Shown in pieces: positions 37,561 to 49,100 of a stretch of DNA of 64,000 nt. The stretch spans positions 1,202,833 through 1,266,832 of the forward strand of contig MU053376.1 in the NCBI GenBank assembly GCA_013239625.1, read 5' to 3'. Made by a program: the position numbers and the translations under genes. The notes under the pieces were generated by a model. That model did no database searches and was not told the origin of the DNA. It saw only the letters and a list, made by a program, of their open reading frames with translations. Positions within the stretch are counted from its first letter, which is position 1, and every line of letters starts with the position of its first letter. This stretch comes from Lama guanicoe (taxonomy: Eukaryota).

Positions 37561-40143
37561 CTGTTTTTCCTTCACACTTCCCCTCACCCCTCGCTCCCTA
37601 ACCCCAGCCCCAACTCAGCCGAGGCTGAGATGATGGGAGAGCGCCGCCTGCAGGATGCTCCCGAAAATGTGGCCGAGGGAAGTGACTTGTCCTAGAGCGC
37701 TCAGCCAGTTGGGGGGAGGGGGCGGGGAAAATCCCAACTGACTTTCAGTACACCACACCGCTGTGCTAGAGGCAATACAGTATCTGGGATGTGCAAAATC
37801 TCCTGCCATTTTTAATTCTTTCAACTAACCTCTCAGTTAACTTCTGTTGAACCCCTGCTTTGTGCCGGGCACTGAGTTAAGTAAACATTTCGGCACGTAC
37901 TAACTTATTTGATCCTCAAAAAAGCGTATGGGGCGGGCACTACTATCTGCATTTTGCATAGGGGAAACAGGTTTGGGAAGACTGAGTTCTCTGGGCTGCC
38001 ATAGCTAGTGAAGAGACTTGAGATCAGAGCCCAAGTCTTGTGCTCTTCTTCCCATACATAGCCAACTAAAAGTAAGGAAGGTGGAGGCGGAGATCCCCCC
38101 ATTCTATAAGTAGGGAAACCAAGGTCCAGACAGACAAAGTCACGTGTCTTTCTGACCACAAATAAGCAGCTTAGCTGGCGCAGAGCCAGGACGAAAACAG
38201 AGCAGCTTTAGGACAGCCAGCCCATGCCTCTCTCCCCAGTCTTCTGGACCCAGGCAGTGCACTGGGACATGATGGGGCATCCTTTGGAAGGAGGATAGGG
38301 GAAAACGGACTTGGAGAGAGAACGGAAGAGGAAAGGAAAAGGAGAGAGGAGGTCTAGAGAGCGAAGGAGCTTAAGTATGCGTAGACTGCATAGCCTGGCC
38401 AGGCAGAGCTGTGAGATAGGGTAAGTCCATTATCAGACCTCCCAGCTCCCCTTTATTTGCCCTCTTCCCCACACTAGGTGCCTCTCCCCCGCCCCCAACC
38501 CCACCCTGGGGCCAGATGCCACTGATGCTCGGGTGCTTTTTCTCCCATCCTAATGAAACCTCCTCTGGGAGGCAACCTGATGTAGCCATCAGTGTGTGGG
38601 GCTAATGCCTGATAACTGCCCAGTGTTCGCCTCCCTCCTGGATGACAAGCACCAGGACATCAAAGCTTGAAGTAAAAGGGAGGAAGCACCACTGAAATGT
38701 CAGGTATCAGACTCCTGGAGAGAAGAGGAATCTGGGAGCAATAGGGCCCACCTGGGACAGAAGAAGCTACGTATAGCACCTGCTTGCAAGGTCACTGCTG
38801 GCTGTGCATGTGCATGTATGTAGCTATGGATAAACGTCTGTAGATGTTAGCACAAAGGAGTGGGGTGTCCCAGGATCTGTGCTTTGAACATACTTTCCTT
38901 TCCATCCTTCAAGTCTCAGCTCAAATCCCACCTCCACTGTGAAGCCATCCCTGATCCCTCCCCATTCTCCAGTTACAGCTCTCAGGCTCCTGACGCCTCA
39001 AAGCACTTTGTTCCTACTCTGCCTAAGGCATCTTGCATCCTTCAAGCCTCGGCATGTTGCTTTTTATTAAACTGTGAGTTCCTCCAGAAGCAGGGCAATG
39101 TCTGCTTTCCCTGTGTTTCTCCTGCAGCTCTTCCCAGAGGGCTTGGCACAGTCGGGACTCAATGTTGATGGGATGGATTGAATTGCAACAATGCACAGCT
39201 CACGCTTCCCCACACAAGGTGTACTGATAGCAGAAGGGCCAGAGGCAGGCATCTCAGCTGACTCCTGAATACTGAAAGGTGTGGGGCACTTATCTGTCCC
39301 ATTTCCATGACCACTATTGAGTGCTTATGTGCTAGCACTATGGTGGCTGCACAGGGAGGAGGGGTGACCCCTCAGGAGCAGCCAGTCCACTGCTCTAAAC
39401 TAAGGCACAGCCTGTGACGCTTCAGCCTTATCCTGTCCCAAGCCACTGCATACCTTCCAGGATGCTCTTTGGGGTTAGATGGCTTTAGCTTTCTGCTCCC
39501 CCCAACCCAGGACCCCTTGCCTCAGTGATAATTTGGAATCTCTGGCCCTCCAATCAAAGCAGAGTTATGATATAATAATTCTTTTAGAATAATTCTATTG
39601 ATATATAACTCACATACTATATGATATAATAATTCTTTTTCTTAATACTATGCCATCTTATAGCATCTTTTTCTCCTTGTAAGTCTGAAAATTCTCATTT
39701 GTTCTGTCAATAGTCCTGAAAAGTCCAGCTAAAGGTCTTTATTCTCCTGTAAAAAATAAAAGCACCTTTATGTCTATGTGCTCTTATTATAGCCGTAGAC
39801 CATCTTCCCTGTTTCCCACCCCATCTCCTCCAGCCAGATCTACCCTACTATTTCTCTGAGATGCTAGGAGACAGGAGGCCAGCCTTCCCTCAATTTCTAG
39901 ATAGCACAGTAAGGCTCACAGCTCCGGGGGCTCAGTGTGTCTCCCAAAGCTTCCTCAGGCCCCATCACCCCACTTTATGTCCATGCTTCTCTTCCTCCCA
40001 GTCTCCTGTCTTCCCAGCAGAGTTGGTGGAAATAAATGTTTAGTTTCCGCTGCTGCAGTGTATCACAGTGCGAAATAAACACGGATGCCCCATCTACCCT
40101 GACAACATAATTCATTTACTGCAAAGGGATACAATAAAGTCTG

Positions 40144-40149
40144 TTTATT
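40144..40149 (-). terminator. Candidate poly(A) signal ending the long terminal exon of the microprotein transcript (alternative AATAAA at 40613-40608)
   Basis: AATAAA on the minus strand about 5.9 kb downstream of the microprotein stop. Confidence 0.4.
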
Positions 40150-41339
40150 ACAGCAATTAACAGAGCAGCGTTTGCCGGCATGCTTTTCCGAGGCAACCCG
40201 AAAAGTGCTTACTCCAGGTGCATAGATTTGGGAAACCATGCGTCTTGAGCCAAAATGAAACCAATTAGAGGCTTGGTACGTGGGTTCCAGCCACCCCAGA
40301 AAAATTAACCATCCAGGAGTCAGTTCAGCTGAGGTGGAACCTCAGTGCAGGAGCCCGACACAACACAATTGCTACTTTACTGGGTTAAGACCAGGACCTG
40401 TCTCCAAGGTCATGGTCTTAAGGATGTGCATGAAATGCTCCCTTCAAACCCAGCCACCCCAGCTGCTGGGCTCAAATCTCACTGACCATCAGAGCATATA
40501 GGTGGGGAAGGTTAGCACCATTGACCCTTAGGGGTACCTTGCCACTGGGATGGGGACATAGGGAGAGGACCAGAGGCTGGGCCAAGGAGGATGGACCAAG
40601 AAATCCTTTTATTAAACCCTGACCTCAAGAGCATCGTCAAAGTTGAAGACCTCAAGCCTCTGGAGAGAAACAAGGCTGTGTGGGAGGGAGGGAAGGAGAG
40701 GAACCTATGAGCCTGCTTTCTAGTCTGGAGAATGTATGCTGACTGGCTTTGGGCATAAAGACTGGACGAAGACATGAAGCCCAATTGCCCCAGTTCTTTG
40801 GCGGATGGGCAGATGAAAAGGGATGTACCAGTTTAGGGACTAGGGAGTTATGTTAAGTGTATCTGATTGTGAATTAACCAAACTTAGGTCTCCAATCCCT
40901 TTCAAGGGGCTGGGGGTTGGCTTGTACCAACAGGACATTCTTCAGAACCAGGTCTGGTTTTCCCAAGGCGGGCAGCCGCCTGAGTGTCAGAGCTGTGTGG
41001 GAAAAGCTCTTTGCAAGCAGCAGCTCTTCCTTTTTTCTCGGGAGCAGCCTCTCAGGGAAACCATGGGGAGTTAGGATCTCCTTGAAAATATAAAGCTGAG
41101 TGCCTAAGCCAGCTAGAAATCCAGAAGCTCGAAAGTGCAGAGGCAAAGCACTATCAAACAGTTCCCCTGGTTGAGGGGTGACCCACTGGGTTCTGGCTGC
41201 CTCCATTCCTCTTTTCTCCTCTCAGGCCTCCGGGAGAAGGTGCTGCATTGAAGGATGAAGGCAGAAGCCAGCCTGGCCTCTCTGGAGCAGAGAAAGTCAG
41301 AGCTTTGAGCATCATGAACAATGGGATAAAAATAGCCAT

Positions 41340-41353
41340 GTTGCCATGGCAAC
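41340..41353. promoter_or_regulatory. Perfect palindromic RFX X-box GTTGCCATGGCAAC
   Basis: Exact 14-bp consensus palindrome. Confidence 0.7.
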
Positions 41354-44300
41354 GAAGGCTGGGAGAGTCCTGAGGATCTCTGGGTCCTGCCATCTCCCCC
41401 TCCAGCCTTCCTCCCGCCTCTGGGATGGAACACAGGAATGAGCTGAGGGAGAAGGGAAGGCTGCCCAAGGGGAGGGAAGCTGACCAGTAGCCCACTAGGA
41501 AACCCTTGAATTCCAAAGCCTGCAGCTTCTGCCAGAGTGGCTGCCCACTTTGGGGGGCGCTCCTGGTTTTTAGGATTTCTTCCTTCATGTAACAAGTTCA
41601 TCCAGGGATGTCCACGGTACCCCTCACACTCCACCCTCGTGGTGGATGGTCATGACCTCCTGGGTTCCCCTGTGAACAGCCAAAGTTTCTGTTTAGTCTT
41701 CATGGTCTGTGGTTCTGATCCCAGGTAGGACTGGCCACCACAGCCCAGCACGGTGGGCATTGATCTTGGGGTACAGCCTGGAGGCTAGAGGATTCATTCC
41801 CCTGCTACTCCATTGTTCAGAGACTTGGCCTTAGGGAGCTGTTTGTTTTGGGAAGCGATGGCGGGACAATTATCTCTTGCTGTTCCTCTTGCTCTTGTGT
41901 CTGAGAGCTGGAGCATTCATCCTCTGGGAACAGACTCTGGTTCTTGGTTCTGGTGGTGGTGTCAGTCCCATCACCTGCTGGATACAGCAACTACCTTCAG
42001 GGTAAACACCAGGCTTTCTGGACCAGCCTGCAAGGAGCCCACCAAACTGAAGCCTGAAATTTCCTTTTCTAGTTGAAAGCCCATCTTCGTGGTTGTTAAC
42101 CAGGTGTCTGTCTCCAAAAGTTCAAGCCACACCTGGACACATCTGATACAATGTACCCTGGCAATGCAAGCCTTCCTGTGAGGTAGGGAGGAAATGGGTC
42201 TCGTTGCCACCTTTTATAGAGGCTGGAAGACAGGAAGCAAGTTGCTGGGGTCAGGAGTTAGTCATGGCATTGGCGGAGTGCTAGGAAACTGGAGCTCTCC
42301 ATCCAAAGACGGTCATCAGCCTGCCACCACTGGCACATCACAAACCACTGGGCAAGATGCACATTCAGTCTGTAGACAGCAGATTGCAGCCTGAGGCACT
42401 TCTCCTTGCAGAAGGCAAGGTAATAAGGTGGGTTGGATCAGTCAGCTCGGAGATGGGCTCATCAGCAGGTGCAAAGGGTTTTACATAAACTGGTGCAGGG
42501 AGGGGTCCTTGAGATATACCTGCGAAGAGTGAGTGTGTGCGTGTGTAAGAGAACGTGCACAAAAGTGGCACTTGGGTTGGCCCAGACAGGGCCTGGAGTT
42601 GTTGTCCCGGCTACAGGAAGTGGGAGAGGCAGACTTGCAGGGCGTCCCGGCTCCCCGGGCAGGGAGTGCTGGGAGATTCTAGCTGGAGAAGCAGCTCTGG
42701 GTGCCATGGCTTTGCCTGTCACTTCCCCCACCTTTTCTTAGATCTCCCCGATCACTCCCTTCCACCCTCCCCACACATTTGCTATGTGCACAGAGCACAC
42801 CAGCTGGAGCGCAGGAAACCTGCAACCCCTCTGGTTCCATGGCCCTGAGCTCCACTGAACCTCAACTTCTCAGACCCACAGAGCCCTGGACTCCAGAGGG
42901 GCCTTAGAGGACATTAGTGCAGCATCCTCTTTATACCCGAGGAAACTACATCTCAGAAATGGGACATTAGCCTAAGGTCACAGCATCATCAATGTGCAAG
43001 CAGGGCTAGAACCCGGGAGACCTGGCTCCCACCTTAATGCTTTTTTGCATCCCATTGTGCTACCTCGTGCATATTTCAGTTAGTTAAATTATTGCTTTTT
43101 TTTTTCAAAAATAACTCTCTCCCTATATATTCCCATTGACCCATGTGCTACATTCAAAAAGCCCTTCCCTGGGAATGGAGAAGGAAATAACATTCTAATA
43201 AAAAGATTTCAACCTGAGACAAGAAGCCCCTCGGGCCCCAGGGTCCCAGACAACACTCAAGTCACAAGAGCCTCAAGTACCCTTCACATCTCTTCATCCC
43301 CCCCGACCCCCCTTCCGGTTCAGCAGCCCACAACACAAGAGGGGAAATGGGCCTGGGGAGTTCTCCCTTTTATGGATGGGAAAACTGAGGCCTCCCACTA
43401 GACTCCAAGAAGGACTGAGTGCCACATGGCAAGAATCCGGAACTCATGCACCCTCTGCTTCACCTAGAGCTCCTCATGGCAGGGTCTGGGAGAGACGCCA
43501 GAGAGGAGGGAATTAGAAAAAGGGGGAACAAAACAGTCCAATCCAACCTTTAGGAAGGCATGAGACTCAGCGCAGGAAACAAGGCGGCCAGACCCCCCAG
43601 ACCCCAAGAGGAACAGGAGGAAGAGAAGCCTTGTAAGTCAGGTGCCTGGCGCATGGGCTCTGGACACCAGGGCTGCTTCCGCCTTTTTGGGCTGAACCTC
43701 TCCCCTGGGCTCACCTTTGAGATGCTGAGAGGAGCAAAGGCCCCATTTCCCTGAGAAGGAAACGGAGGGAAAACAGATTGTGGGGCGAGTCTGGCTGCTG
43801 TTGTCTCCTATCCCACTATAGCGTTGGCCTCAACCTTAGCCCCGGATGGGAAAGGGGCCACAGCTTGGAGGCCAGGGGCAGTTGTCTGCAGGCACAGCTG
43901 GGACTTGACCTTGGGACCTCTCCATGTTCCCACAGCAGGGGCTCAGGGTATCCAGTATCCCTCTGGAGCTAATGGAGTTCTCCTGGGGGCAGCGGCTCTC
44001 TGAACCAGCTCACTGCCAAACCCCTGCGGCTGAAATCCCTGCCAGGCCTGAGCGCACAGGGGGAAAGCTCTCGTTTGCCACCCCTCCCGCGTGCGTTCCC
44101 CTCTCCTGACCTTTCCTGCAGGTGAGCCCATGTGGTCAGGACAGAACACCCGACACCCCTCTATCCGGAGATACAATTGCATCCTCCGCCTCAGGAGTGA
44201 CTTCCCTCGGGCTGCAGCCTCACGGGCAACCGCTAGGGATGCACCTGCCCTCAAGGCAGGCTCTCCCTCCTCAGTCCAGACCCTGGAAAGCTTTCCTGCC

Positions 44301-46052
44301 CATCTCTTTGCCTCCTCCGAGGCCTCTACTGTCCAAGAGGCCAAAGAACCAGGGAGTTTTTCTTCTGTCCCTTGTGACCCCACTGGCCCTTGTTGCTGCT
44401 TCCTTGAGGGAAGGACTTCTGTTTATAATTCTTTGGATATAAAAGGAAATAACAGATTGTGGAAGGCTGGGGCTGGGCGGGAGGGGCAAAGGAGGGGGGT
44501 GGAGGATGGGAGGAGTGAGATCTTCAGCTGTGCTCTTGCCTCGCCACGACCTGGATCCCACCAAGTCTGCCAAAAGCCCAGGAAATGCCCATGAGTGCGG
44601 GGCGTGAGTGGGACAGGCAAAGGCTGCCGGGATGGGATGCGCCCTTGCTTCCCGACCACCCAGCAGAGGTCCCCTGCCGTCCCAGACCACTAGAGAGGCC
44701 TCCATTCCAAGGAAAGAGGTGCACAGCCCCTCCTGTCCTGGGGCCCTGACCTCCTCTACCCAGGTCACTTGTTGTGTGTCTGGAAGGTTATTCTGTCCCT
44801 GGACGCCAGAGGGGATCTGGCTTTGTTCCTGGCCTGAACTGTCCCGGTGATGAAATAGAGCAGGCTTGCTAAAGCTACAGAATCTGCCTAAATGTCTCTG
44901 CGGCTGCGCTGCCGTCTGTGTGACCCTCTAGCACCTGAGAGGTCCAGGCACAGTGACAGAAGCCAAGTGATATCAAAATGGGAGGAGGGAGGAAGGAAGG
45001 AAGAGAAGAAAGGAGGAGATGGTTTTTCGTTTGCTTCCTAACCATCAGGAAAAAGGCTGAGAGTGGGGCCAGAGACTGACCCTGGAAGGTTGATGTCGGG
45101 GTGGGGTGGGGTGTGAGATTAGGGGAAAAGTCAAGGGAAGTCTTCGAGGGCCTCCCCCGCAGGGTGTCCCCAAAGGGCACCACATGCAAGCATTTCCCCC
45201 CATGGCTTCTGAGAATAGGCAGGTGAGTGGGGCAAGGAGCTAGGAGAATGAAGGGAGGGGCCTGGAATACAGTCCCTGAGGAGGGGAGCCAGGGCCTGGG
45301 GAAGAGCGCCCCCCCAGGGGACATGGTGGAAGTGAGTGGGCAGACAGGCCAGACTGGCGGGAAGGCTGCTTTCTGGAGTGTGGAGGAGAGCGGGACAGAG
45401 GGACACCCAGAGCCGGCTGCGAGCGGAGGCGAGGACGGCTGCCCTGCCCCTCACTGTCCCTCCGCAGCCACACGACTCAGAAGCAGGCTGCCTCCCTCAG
45501 GCCTGGCCCAGAGGGACACTGGGAGGGGATGGTTGGCAGAGGACTCATCTCTCAGCCACACTCTCGTGGATGCAGCTCTGGGCTCTGCGGAGGCTTCTGT
45601 GCCAGGTCCCAGGAGCCCAGCAGAGACTCCATCCTGGGCTTGGAGGGGGTCTGTCTCACACCCCCACTGGCCCGAGGCCTCCGCCAGGGTCAAAGCCACT
45701 GGGAGCTTCTCTGGCAGAGCAGCCAGTTTCCTATTTAGCGGCAGCTTTCCAGGCCCAAACGGCGGGTCCCTCATGGGAGCAGTTACCCTGAGCAAAGTCC
45801 CTGGAGCCCTCAGGGCAGGAAGAAAGTCCACTCCTGGGGCCTCTGGGTCTCTGGAAGTCACACAGCTGGTCCTGGGCTTCCCCTGGTGTGACCGGATTGG
45901 AAACTCCGGGGCTGGAGGAGGCTGGCGCCCTCAGGTTAGATGGAATCAGGTGGCCAGGTGGCCTGAGAAGTGTCCTGCTCCAAGCCTCAGCCAGAAGTGG
46001 GCGCCCCAGGCCTGGGACCCGCTGGGGGCTGAAGAAACGGCCCTGGGTCAGC

Positions 46053-46154
46053 TCACACCGCCGTTTCCCGCTCTCTGTGAACTTCCTCCTTCTTCCTCTT
46101 CATCCTGCAGAAACCGTGGAGGCCACAGAAGCAAGCGAAAGTGAACTGGGGCAT
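46053..46154 (-). CDS. BLACAT1: 33-aa microprotein MPQFTFACFCGLHGFCRMKRKKEEVHRERETAV in the BLACAT1-type miR-135b host transcript
   Basis: ATG (GGCATG, G at -3) 38 nt after a strong acceptor at 46192 (about 55-nt polypyrimidine tract, ctgcag|, branch-like ttaac); in-frame TAG 6 nt upstream; TGA stop; ends in PDZ ligand ETAV; position between MIR135B and LEMD1 fits the BLACAT1 locus. Confidence 0.8.
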   Translation of the reverse strand: MPQFTFACFCGLHGFCRMKRKKEEVHRERETAV

Positions 46155-49100
46155 GCCCTAGGCCAGGCTGGGGGCTGCTCACCAGAGGAGATCTGCAGGG
46201 AAAGGCAGGAGGAGGAGGAGGGGGCGGGAGAAAGGCAGGAGAGAGAAGCGAGCTGGGGTTAACATCCCAGAGGCCTCCGGGCCTGGGGAGTCACTGCCGC
46301 TCCCTGAAGCTGCCCAGGCCCTGCTAGACCTCTCGCACCGGCTGGGGGAGGGGACCCGCCACCAAACAATAGCCTCTTTGATACCTCAGTGTTTCCTGAT
46401 CTCTGTGGAGCTGATGTCATTCCTCCAATTGGAGCCCGAGAGTCCAGGGTAGGAAGAGAAAGCCCCAGCCGTGGGCACCCCCACCCCTGCCTCGCCTCCT
46501 CACACACACACACACCTGTGGCTGGGAACAGGCAGCCAGCCGGCCCAGAGGGAGCTCTGGCTTGTTCCACCTCACACAGGTTAGAGACGGGGGTTCCCAC
46601 TCACTCCTTCCGATCACACAGACCGATGATTCAAGTGCGGAACTTTGGGGACCTTGAAGAAAGTCCCTCGTCCAACACGGCTTCTACTTTGATAACCTGG
46701 AACCGAGTCTGGAATTCCTCCCTTCCCTGACAGCCCCTGTCTGACCTCCTCAGCGAAATCTATAGGGGCCATAAGGTGCTTCCTTTGACAGCTCTGGGCA
46801 ACGCAAATCCCCATCCTCCTCACGCAGAGACCAGGCAGCAGAGAGGTCTTTTAGCAAACAGGCTGTTTTATTGAGCACCTATGCTGGGCAAAGGGGTTGG
46901 GAGGTGAGAACATTAGGGTACAGATAAGGTTTCTTCTCTGGCACAAGTCAGTCTGAGATAGAGGCTGAGGCTGGACTTACCCCAGCTGGGCGTGTTGGCC
47001 CCTACCTCTAGCTGACACAGCCCTCATCACAGGGGCCCTCTGGTCTCTGCGGCTGTCAGGCTGGGCATGGAGGGGGGCTTCAGATCAGCTCTCAGTCTGT
47101 AAGTACCCGTTTCTCCAGACACTGGCTTATGTCTCCCCAGCCTCAACCACCCACAGATCCCTCCAGCTCATTTCTCGGCCCTTCCCCGGCCCCTGGGCCA
47201 ACCCTGGAGGGAGCAGAAGTGTATTCAGTTCAGCTGCAGCAGAGCAGCTGGGTACAAAGGACGGTACCCTGCATGGAGGTCGGGCCTGTGTCCCGGCCTG
47301 GTTTGAATCACTTCTCTTTCCTGGAAGAACACTGGAGCAGCCCAGACACCGCGAGGAAGGGGTGTGGAATAGGGAAGCAGAAGTTCTGTCCTTGCCCCAG
47401 CCCCTCTTGCAGTAGAGACCGCAGAGGATGCCCCAGGCCCCACGTGCTAGGCACACCTGCAAAGTGTTTCCATGGCATTTGAGAAGCCTGGCAGGCCCAG
47501 GTGGGTGGCTCTCTGGATAGTTCCACAGATCTGGCCAATCTTGCTCCTTTGGACATACTTGCCTCGTGTTTCTCCAGGCAGAGCAGAGGGCCCAGGTGGC
47601 AAGCCCTTACCAAGCACAGTGGCCACGGTGGAGCGGCTCCTGTCAGGATTCGCCTCTCCCTCCCGCCTCAGTGTCCTGGTAATACAGCTAATGACTGTAA
47701 TTCATAGGTGCAATGCATTTCCAATGGCCCAGCTGGGTGGGCAGGAAGCCCAGCCTGAGTCAGCATGGGTAGGTAGACTGGTTATTTAATCGCCCGCTTT
47801 CCAGCACCATCCACACACCCACCCTCCTGCAGTATATATAGAGAGCAGAGAGCAATCTCTAGGGTATATATAGACAGAGCCGAGACACAACTACTATATT
47901 TCTAGATCTATCCACTGCACCTATCTCCGGATCCCTCCTGTGACAAACCTAGAGAGAGACAGGAATCTTAACTGGGGCTTAGGTGGCCTGGGTTCTATTC
48001 TTGGCTCTGACGCTGGCATGCTGTGTCACCCTAAGCAAGTGACTGTACCTCTCTGGGCCTTCATTTCCTCATTTCAGTGTTTAACACTTAGATCCCAAAG
48101 CCAAGGGACTGAAAGGGTACTCAGAATCCCAACCTGCTTAGCAAGAAGGGAGGGAGAGCCCGTGGGTTTTCTTGCTATCAGTAATTGTGATGCATATGCT
48201 TTCTTGGCTGGGGTTGGGGGGTGCGGTATATATCAGGGGTACTATTGATAAAACATCCCCACCATTACAGGAAAGGCATCTGGGGAGGAATCAGCAGGCA
48301 CAACAAATTTGATCTGGGGAAGGAATTCACAACTAAAACAAGCCAGGCACGTGCCTTTGACCATCACACCCCCAGCCCCAACCCCATGGTCTCTGGTCCC
48401 AGGGTGCATAGATCTTCGTCCCTCCCCACCCTACCTGCCCTCCAATGCCCGCTTTCTTAAAAACAGCACAAATGTAGCTCCTGAGGTGACGGTGCCTCCC
48501 TGCATCCCTTTGGGAAAGATAAGAACTTGCTGACTTCTCCCCTTGCTGTCAGGAGGGTGGGGTTGGGGGAGGAACTGGGAACTACACCTCACAGAAAAGG
48601 AGGGCCAAATACAGCCACTCACAAGCTGGGCTGGGGCTGCGACCTGGCTCCCTAGGGGTGTCTGAAAGCCAGGTCTTTGTTTCTAAGGTGGGGTGGGGTG
48701 TATTAAGGGGACCCTGGGCATTCTGCTCAGGTCTTTGATCCAAAGTGTCTGGTTGTCCTCTCAGTCCCTACCAGGGCCCGCAGGATCGTCACTGCAAGGT
48801 GCACGACTCCAAGCCCTGGAGGCAGCCTGGGCTCTATTGGTGGTCCCCGGGCCAGCCCTGGCGGTGGAGAGACAAGGGGCGGAAAACCCCATCCCATTTC
48901 AGTGTCCCTCCTGCTGTGGGCTTCCCTCCTCCACCCTCAGACTCCCTCTGCCCCACCAGCGGGATCCTGCGGCCCCGTTTGCCCGGGCTGTGGTCTCTGT
49001 CCCCCTGTCTTCATCTCTTCACACTGGGCAGAGTGCTCCTGCACTCGCTGGAGGGCTCCCTGGCGGAGGGAGAAGTCAGGTCCTGATAAACCTCCTCTTG

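Noticed and set aside
45227..46144. 305-aa plus-strand ORF, the longest in the track
   Set aside because: Low-complexity G/S/P/A composition in GC-rich DNA, no ATG at the called start and no recognisable domain; it is antisense to the better-supported microprotein exon
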